A DNA stretch of 32,000 nucleotides from Bdellovibrionales bacterium (GTDB lineage Bacteria; Bdellovibrionota; Bdellovibrionia; Bdellovibrionales; UBA1609): assembly GCA_963692945.1 (NCBI GenBank), contig OY843585.1, positions 1,200,001-1,232,000 of the forward strand. The letters run 5' to 3'. Numbering within the stretch: the stretch's first letter is position 1; each line of letters starts with the position of its first letter. The notes beneath the pieces were generated by a model. The model ran no database searches. It worked only from the letters and a program-made list of their open reading frames with translations, and was not told the DNA's origin. A program made the position numbers and the translations under genes. This document shows positions 26,638-32,000 of this stretch, piece after piece.

Positions 26638-28038
26638 ATGACTTCAAAACTCCTTTCAATTCTTTTACTTTTCTTATCTCTACCTCAGGTTGGTCAAACT
26701 TTCAGTCCATCTCAAAATGATAAACATCCTCATTTTGAAAAATCTATTTTCCAAATGCATAACAAAAGTTTTAATCTTTTTTCTACCACTTTTTACATTG
26801 GCAAAAATCGTTTTGTAACCGATACACATATTCTATTCCCCAACTATGAATTCCAAACCTTAACAGAACTCTATAATGATTTCTCAGAGGAAGGAAACAT
26901 TACAGAAGAAAACAAACAAAAAATCATTAGTCATTTTAACCTTTTAACAACCATTCCTGATTTATATATAAAGACAGACTCTATTGAAATTCCTTTAAAA
27001 AATATTGTTGCTATAGATTTTAAAAATGATCTTATGATTTTAGAAACAACTCAAAAATATTTTGACAGTATTGAAAAATTCATTCCGTTAAAAATAGGTC
27101 TTTTCTCTAAAAATTTATCAACTAGACCTGGTTTTATCTATGGGTTTCCTAAGAACAACCCTCTTTTTTATCACGAAAAACACAAGCCTAAAGAAATGAG
27201 TTTTGAAAGTCTTCGCTATATGGATTCTAATGCCTTTACTGCCTACACCAATTCAAACCATTTGCAAGGAGCAAGTGGCTCTCCTGTTTTAATAGATGGG
27301 AGTATCGTAGGTATCGTTCGTGCCGCTGTTCAAAATTCTATAACGGCTATATCTTCTAATATTTTAACTGAACTTCTAAATAAAAAACCAATTTCAATAA
27401 CAAAAAATAACAAATTAATACATACTTTTTTGTCTTCTCTACAAGAAGCCAAAAAGGATATAAAAATGAATCTAGAAGAAACTTGGATATCTTTGGAGTT
27501 TTTACATAAAACAGAAGATATGTACAGTTATCAAAAACAAACTATTGATGAAAGAATTAATAAACTAGAGAATCTAATAAGACAGAATCCAAACTTCACC
27601 CCTGCTTACGAGTTACTTGTAGAATATTATATTTCATTAGGAAATATAGAAAAATTATTTGATCTTAGTAAAGAATATAAAGAACCAAGTTTTCTCTATA
27701 TCACTGGAATGCTTAGACTTGAAGATGGAAACCTTCATCAAGCTTTAAGAGATTTTAAAGAAGCCGCAGAAGGTGATTATAATCCTGCTTTATTCGCTAT
27801 AGCTATCTACCACTTTGTTAATGGTGATAAGGAACTTTATGAAAAATATATCAAAGAGGCTGCTAATAGAGGTCATCTACTCGCTAGACTGCATTTCAAT
27901 GAGCAACATAACAAACCCACTTTCATTGATGGCAGTGGAGAAAAAGTCACAACGGATCATCTGTTCCTTATCTTGAGGAACAATCCAAATTACTTTAGTA
28001 GTGAATACTTTATGGAACTGTTTCAAAATCTCTTATAA
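26638..28038 (+). CDS. Secreted trypsin-fold (S1/PF13365-like) serine protease fused to C-terminal Sel1/TPR-like repeats
   Basis: Signal peptide MTSKLLSILLLFLSLPQVGQTF. Candidate triad in canonical order: His (FVTDTHILF), Asp (KNDLMILET), Ser (GASGSPVLIDGSIVGIV). The C-terminus has Sel1-like KEAAEGDYNPALFAIAIYHF..G......YIKEAANRGHLLARLHF. Confidence 0.8.
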   Translation: MTSKLLSILLLFLSLPQVGQTFSPSQNDKHPHFEKSIFQMHNKSFNLFSTTFYIGKNRFVTDTHILFPNYEFQTLTELYNDFSEEGNITEENKQKIISHFNLLTTIPDLYIKTDSIEIPLKNIVAIDFKNDLMILETTQKYFDSIEKFIPLKIGLFSKNLSTRPGFIYGFPKNNPLFYHEKHKPKEMSFESLRYMDSNAFTAYTNSNHLQGASGSPVLIDGSIVGIVRAAVQNSITAISSNILTELLNKKPISITKNNKLIHTFLSSLQEAKKDIKMNLEETWISLEFLHKTEDMYSYQKQTIDERINKLENLIRQNPNFTPAYELLVEYYISLGNIEKLFDLSKEYKEPSFLYITGMLRLEDGNLHQALRDFKEAAEGDYNPALFAIAIYHFVNGDKELYEKYIKEAANRGHLLARLHFNEQHNKPTFIDGSGEKVTTDHLFLILRNNPNYFSSEYFMELFQNLL

Positions 28039-28245
28039 GAAAAAGAATCTATTTTAAAAAGTAACTCTCATTTACAAAATGTAGGTTCATAAGAAGATTT
28101 TAACAAAAAATAATAATGTTTTACTCTAAGAAATGGCTGGCTAAAGCCTTAAAAACAATACAGCCTTACTCCTTTTAAGACAAGTTGGAATGAATTTTGC
28201 ATATAGGTTTTATAAACAATTTTCAAGAACCAAGAGGAGGTTAAA

Positions 28246-28632
28246 ATGAAAATAAAAAAATCTAAAAAGCTTGTTTATTTTACAAGTCTTTTTTTAATGC
28301 TGTGTCTGTTATCTATTCCACAGACTTACGGAAACGATTTACAAAATGAAGAGAAACTACTTACAGCAATACACACCAGGTGTTTGGATGTATGGTGTGA
28401 AGGAGGAAGTTGGTTTGATTTTCATACTTTTAATTGTGACTTTGATTATGAAGAATGTGTGTTTGGTTTTTTCTCCTGGGATAAAGGTGATCCTGACAAT
28501 TATTATGAGCATGAATGCACTTTAGACGTTCCTGATGAAGATTATCTTTTTGAAGATTCTAGTTACTCTAGTATTTCTAAAAGTATTTACTTAGAAATAA
28601 GTGATTGTATAGAGAATATATGGCGTGATTAA
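28246..28632 (+). CDS. Small secreted acidic Cys-rich protein (128 aa)
   Basis: AGGAGG lies 6 nt upstream. Signal peptide KLVYFTSLFLMLCLLSIPQTYG. The mature part has 7 Cys and many D/E/aromatic residues. No recognisable family. Confidence 0.6.
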   Translation: MKIKKSKKLVYFTSLFLMLCLLSIPQTYGNDLQNEEKLLTAIHTRCLDVWCEGGSWFDFHTFNCDFDYEECVFGFFSWDKGDPDNYYEHECTLDVPDEDYLFEDSSYSSISKSIYLEISDCIENIWRD

Positions 28633-28917
28633 AAGTTATAAACTCAGTATGTGAAAATTTTGTACATAAGATCGCAGGTGTGGAGGATGATATTTTTAAT
28701 AAAGCTTCTGCACTTGCTTAATAATTTGACAGGAAAGAAAAAAAATCTTTATTTACATAGATTTGATAGGAGCATATCTACCTTTAGAATCTTTTCACTG
28801 TTCAGTTCTTTAACACTTATGTCTCTATTTGATACAGATTAAAGGTTGATCTTTTAAAATCAAAACATTCATCATAAATACTCTTTAGCTTTTTAGAAAA
28901 TACCCCGATAATTAGAT

Positions 28918-30771
28918 GTGCGTCCTACTTTATTAAAAACCTTCATTCTTTTTCTTGTCTTCTCTATTTCCCAAGCTTATGGATATGGTGAATCTCAAAA
29001 TCCAGACTCTACTGAATCTCAAACCTCCAAAGATTACACTTGTGAAATTGATTCAAAATGCCTTATTGAATTAGATGATCTTTTAGATAAAACATCCAAT
29101 ACGGGCATTTATGAGTATTGTAAAATCACAAAAGAAAATATTGAGCTTTGTTGTAAAAATCCCACACAATGTCAAGAATCTTATGGAAAAGATTTATCTC
29201 AAAAGTTAAGGAGTGAGAGTTTAAAACGAGTTCAAGTATCAGGAAATGATGCTTTATCTTGTGAGCTTAACAATCTTTCTCAGCTTATAAGTTCTCTATC
29301 AGGTGTTCAAAGTGAGATGTGTAATGTAGGGATAGAAAATTGTGAGGTAGATTGTGACAATAAACTAGGTGATTTGAAAGATGCTTTTCGGAAGTGTTTT
29401 TCTATACCTAGTGATTTATCTATTGATGAAGTTTTAGAGAAAGCAAAAAGTCCTTCAAAGAATCAAGATTGTTATACAAAGATGAAAGAGTATGCAGACA
29501 AATACAAAAATCAAAGTTTAGATAAGAAGTCTATTTTAAAAGAAGAGATGAAAGCAAAAGACATTGTGAGATGTAAAGAGATTGAAAAGTCAAAAACTAA
29601 AAATAATTTAAATAGTTTTGCTTTGAATGTGTGTGAAAGAGCTAGAAGTGAACAGCAAGTAGAGAATCAAAGAATTGAAGAGACACAAAAAGCTGAAGAG
29701 GCTAAAAGAGCTGAAAAAGCACAAAAAGTGTTGGAGAAAGCCCAACAAGAGTTTGAAGAGCGAAAACGAAAGTTTAAAGAGCAACAACAAGCTGCTACAA
29801 GACAAGCGGAAACAAATATCCCTGCTCCAAGCGCTAATCTAGCTGAGAATCAAAATCCAAAATCTGCTAGTTCTAAAAAGAGTTCTAGTTCAGCTGCTCT
29901 TGTAGGTGTAGGTGCTTTGGCTGGAGTTGGATCTTTAGCTGGAAACACTCCTACTGATTCTAAAACCTTAGATAAAGACAGAATATCTCCTACATCTCCT
30001 AAAGTTCCTAAGCCTCCTAGCTTTGTTAAATCAGAAGCCTATCTACCTTTAAAACCTATATTACCTCCTGAAGAACAAAGAAAAATTGTAAAACCAGAAG
30101 TAAAAAAGAGAAAACCAGAATGTGCCTCTGTTCCTCTAATAGATGAAGCTGTTGTTTTTCAAAGTGTGGAAGCCCCTCAAATAGAATTTATGGATGAGCA
30201 AAAACATCCTCCTTATGACAACTATGATTTAGTTATGGGAAAACCTGCTGGTGTTCTAGTCACAATAGATGTGAAAAGTATGGACAAGAAATCTAAAAAC
30301 AAACTAAAACTCCATAGAGATTTTAGACTTTCTTTATCTATACAAGGTATGAAAATATCTAAATGCTTTAGAGAACCTTTTGCTAAAAGAAAAAATAAAT
30401 CGTTTAAAACAATGAAAAAAGAGGATGGGATACCTTGTCATTTAAAAAAATCAGAAATTTTAAAAGGTAAATTTCAAGTCTTTTTTCCTCTTCCTATGAA
30501 TGAAAATTTTATGAAAAGAGAACTGAGAAGTTTACCTATTAAAGTAACTCTTTTCCCTAGATGGCAAATTGACAATCCAAAATGCTTAAGTGAAAAGACA
30601 GTGAATATAAACACTTGGAGTACACCAGATTTGAATTTAGGTTTTACAGCAGTGGATAGTTATAAATGTAATAAATATAAATCTGTTCCTCCTAAAATGG
30701 TCGGTCAATTTGCTATAATTCAAATGAGGTTACAAATTATATACCAGCTATGTTTCCTATTAACAAAGTAA
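28918..30771 (+). CDS. Large secreted protein, upstream part: Cys-rich domain, coiled coil, Ala/Gly hydrophobic segment, Pro-rich linker, and the start of a C-terminal domain
   Basis: GTG start (the frame opens at 28912 and there is no in-frame ATG near it), immediately followed by the signal peptide RPTLLKTFILFLVFSISQAYG. Coiled coil EQQVENQRIEETQKAEEAKRAEKAQKVLEKAQQEFEERKRKFKEQQQ. It ends 22 nt inside the next ORF. Confidence 0.7.
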   Translation: MRPTLLKTFILFLVFSISQAYGYGESQNPDSTESQTSKDYTCEIDSKCLIELDDLLDKTSNTGIYEYCKITKENIELCCKNPTQCQESYGKDLSQKLRSESLKRVQVSGNDALSCELNNLSQLISSLSGVQSEMCNVGIENCEVDCDNKLGDLKDAFRKCFSIPSDLSIDEVLEKAKSPSKNQDCYTKMKEYADKYKNQSLDKKSILKEEMKAKDIVRCKEIEKSKTKNNLNSFALNVCERARSEQQVENQRIEETQKAEEAKRAEKAQKVLEKAQQEFEERKRKFKEQQQAATRQAETNIPAPSANLAENQNPKSASSKKSSSSAALVGVGALAGVGSLAGNTPTDSKTLDKDRISPTSPKVPKPPSFVKSEAYLPLKPILPPEEQRKIVKPEVKKRKPECASVPLIDEAVVFQSVEAPQIEFMDEQKHPPYDNYDLVMGKPAGVLVTIDVKSMDKKSKNKLKLHRDFRLSLSIQGMKISKCFREPFAKRKNKSFKTMKKEDGIPCHLKKSEILKGKFQVFFPLPMNENFMKRELRSLPIKVTLFPRWQIDNPKCLSEKTVNINTWSTPDLNLGFTAVDSYKCNKYKSVPPKMVGQFAIIQMRLQIIYQLCFLLTK

Positions 30772-31841
30772 ATACTGGCATATTAAATTCTATAAGAGGA
30801 CTTTGTAATAATAGACCAGTGAAACATAAAAGGTTTCGCCACCCTATATCTATTGGTTTATTAAAAGATGCAGATAAGTTGTATAAACTTATACATAACA
30901 ACTCCTATGATAAAGTAGTAGCCATTGCTTCAATTGAATACTTTGATTTTCATAATAGAAAAACTGCAGCAGGGACAGTTATAAGACCTCGTTCAAATGA
31001 GAACCTTATATCTAGGATTTTAAAAGGACGTTATATTGGTGGAAATAACAATGTGACTTTTATTAGAGAAGATCAAGAAAATACAGGAACAATATCTCAT
31101 GAGTTGGCACACACTCTAGGACAAGGAAAAGAACAATATAAAAAAGCAAAAAGTTACTGCAAAGAATTTAAGGGTTCTGATCCTAATCCTTGTGAAGATC
31201 TCAAAATTGCTCGTGGTTTAAAGGCTACTAAAAGTAACAGATGGAGATTTATAGAAAATAAATATAGCATTATGAATAGTAGTAACAAGATTGGAAATCA
31301 ATGGATAGATAGAGATACCTTTCAAAAAATCTTTTATTTTCTTACAAATTTTGGAACTCATTTTCCAAGAACAAGCATGTCCAATAACAGATTAAAAAAT
31401 AGAGAAGCCATTACTATTTCTGGTTTTTATAATGAAAAAGAAGATATTTTTGTTGTTCCTACAAAAAGAAAAGTCAAAACCTATAAATCTACCCCTACTT
31501 TTCCAACAGAGAAATATAAAGATACTCCTGTTTTAACTTTTCAGTTCAAATATAATGAAAAGATTCTCAAAGAAATAAAAAGACCAATTTTTGAAATGGA
31601 AATCAAAACTTTATATAGTGACAAACCTCCAGAAGTTAAACCTTTTGACTTTTCACATGCTATGGCTTCTTTTGAGATTCCTAGAAATCACAAAAACAAA
31701 GTTTTTCAAATTCTTGTTTTAAATCCAAAAGAAAAAATCATTTATGATTCTAAATTTAGAATCAAAAAAAATAAAAAACCTAAACAACAAAAAAAGAAAG
31801 ATAAAAATGGAAATTTTGCTTTTCTTGACAAAACTTATTAA
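30750..31841 (+). CDS. HExxH zincin-like metallopeptidase domain, probably the downstream part of the 28918 gene (-1 frame)
   Basis: TISHELAHTLGQG contains HExxH. There is no signal peptide and no SD before the 30750 ATG. This frame is already open from 30696 and overlaps the end of the upstream ORF. Confidence 0.6.
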   Translation: MFPINKVNTGILNSIRGLCNNRPVKHKRFRHPISIGLLKDADKLYKLIHNNSYDKVVAIASIEYFDFHNRKTAAGTVIRPRSNENLISRILKGRYIGGNNNVTFIREDQENTGTISHELAHTLGQGKEQYKKAKSYCKEFKGSDPNPCEDLKIARGLKATKSNRWRFIENKYSIMNSSNKIGNQWIDRDTFQKIFYFLTNFGTHFPRTSMSNNRLKNREAITISGFYNEKEDIFVVPTKRKVKTYKSTPTFPTEKYKDTPVLTFQFKYNEKILKEIKRPIFEMEIKTLYSDKPPEVKPFDFSHAMASFEIPRNHKNKVFQILVLNPKEKIIYDSKFRIKKNKKPKQQKKKDKNGNFAFLDKTY

Positions 31842-31859
31842 AAGAGGGTTAATTAAGTT

Positions 31860-32000
31860 ATGAAAGTATTTTTTTGTTTATGGTTAGGATTGATTATTGT
31901 TTCTTTTGGTTGTTGGGAAAAAGATTATAAAAACTATCCTCATAAAAAATATTCAATTAGAGAACCTGTGACTTTTCCTGATAAGAATTTGTCTGAGATT
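31860..32000 (+). CDS. 5' end of a secreted / possible lipoprotein CDS (partial, runs off the window)
   Basis: AGAGGG lies about 11 nt upstream. MKVFFCLWLGLIIVSFGCWEKDYKNYPHKKYS... The frame stays open to the window end. Confidence 0.5.
   Translation, partial: MKVFFCLWLGLIIVSFGCWEKDYKNYPHKKYSIREPVTFPDKNLSEI

Noticed and set aside
28651-28842. 63-aa GTG-initiated ORF in the 285-nt gap before the large secreted protein gene
   Set aside because: It has no SD, uses a GTG start, and gives a low-complexity hydrophobic product with no recognisable motif. The region is more likely promoter or leader.
30696-30771. Programmed -1 ribosomal frameshifting at the split metallopeptidase junction
   Set aside because: I found no canonical X XXY YYZ slippery heptamer or obvious downstream structure in the 76-nt overlap. 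A sequencing indel or a genuine frameshift mutation is more parsimonious. The split itself is kept as a finding.

Overview
This is a low-GC (about 30-33% by eye) Gram-negative bacterial chromosome segment. The core, about 12.1-25.6 kb on the minus strand, is one contiguous S10-spc-alpha ribosomal-protein superoperon running from rpsJ to rplQ and including secY, adk and rpoA. I added rpmJ and rpmD by hand because they fall below the ORF-track size cut-off. To the left are pyrG, a POTRA-less Omp85-family barrel, an aldehyde dehydrogenase and RNase R. These are followed by a two-gene type II m5C restriction-modification module with a HinP1I-like nuclease, a secreted ankyrin-repeat protein and a TlpA-like thioredoxin. 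To the right (25.9-32 kb) is a cluster of signal-peptide proteins with no obvious housekeeping role: a lipoprotein, a trypsin-fold protease fused to Sel1/TPR repeats, a small Cys-rich acidic protein, and a Cys-rich/coiled-coil/HExxH protein of about 980 aa that appears split by a -1 frame change. I saw no tRNA, rRNA, CRISPR array, transposase or integrase. I do not see a convincing novel multi-gene system. Four things stand out: (1) RNase R carries a tail of about 425 aa made of nested tandem repeats, part of a wider pattern of repeat extensions on RpoA, L3, L17, S10 and the Omp85 protein. (2) The spc operon lacks rplX (L24) and rpsN (S14), with the flanking genes directly abutted. (3) The secreted protease cluster sits where the str/tuf genes usually lie, and it contains the split metallopeptidase gene. 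(4) The HinP1I-like R-M cassette. All family calls come from reading motifs and from memory of the families; no database searches were run.
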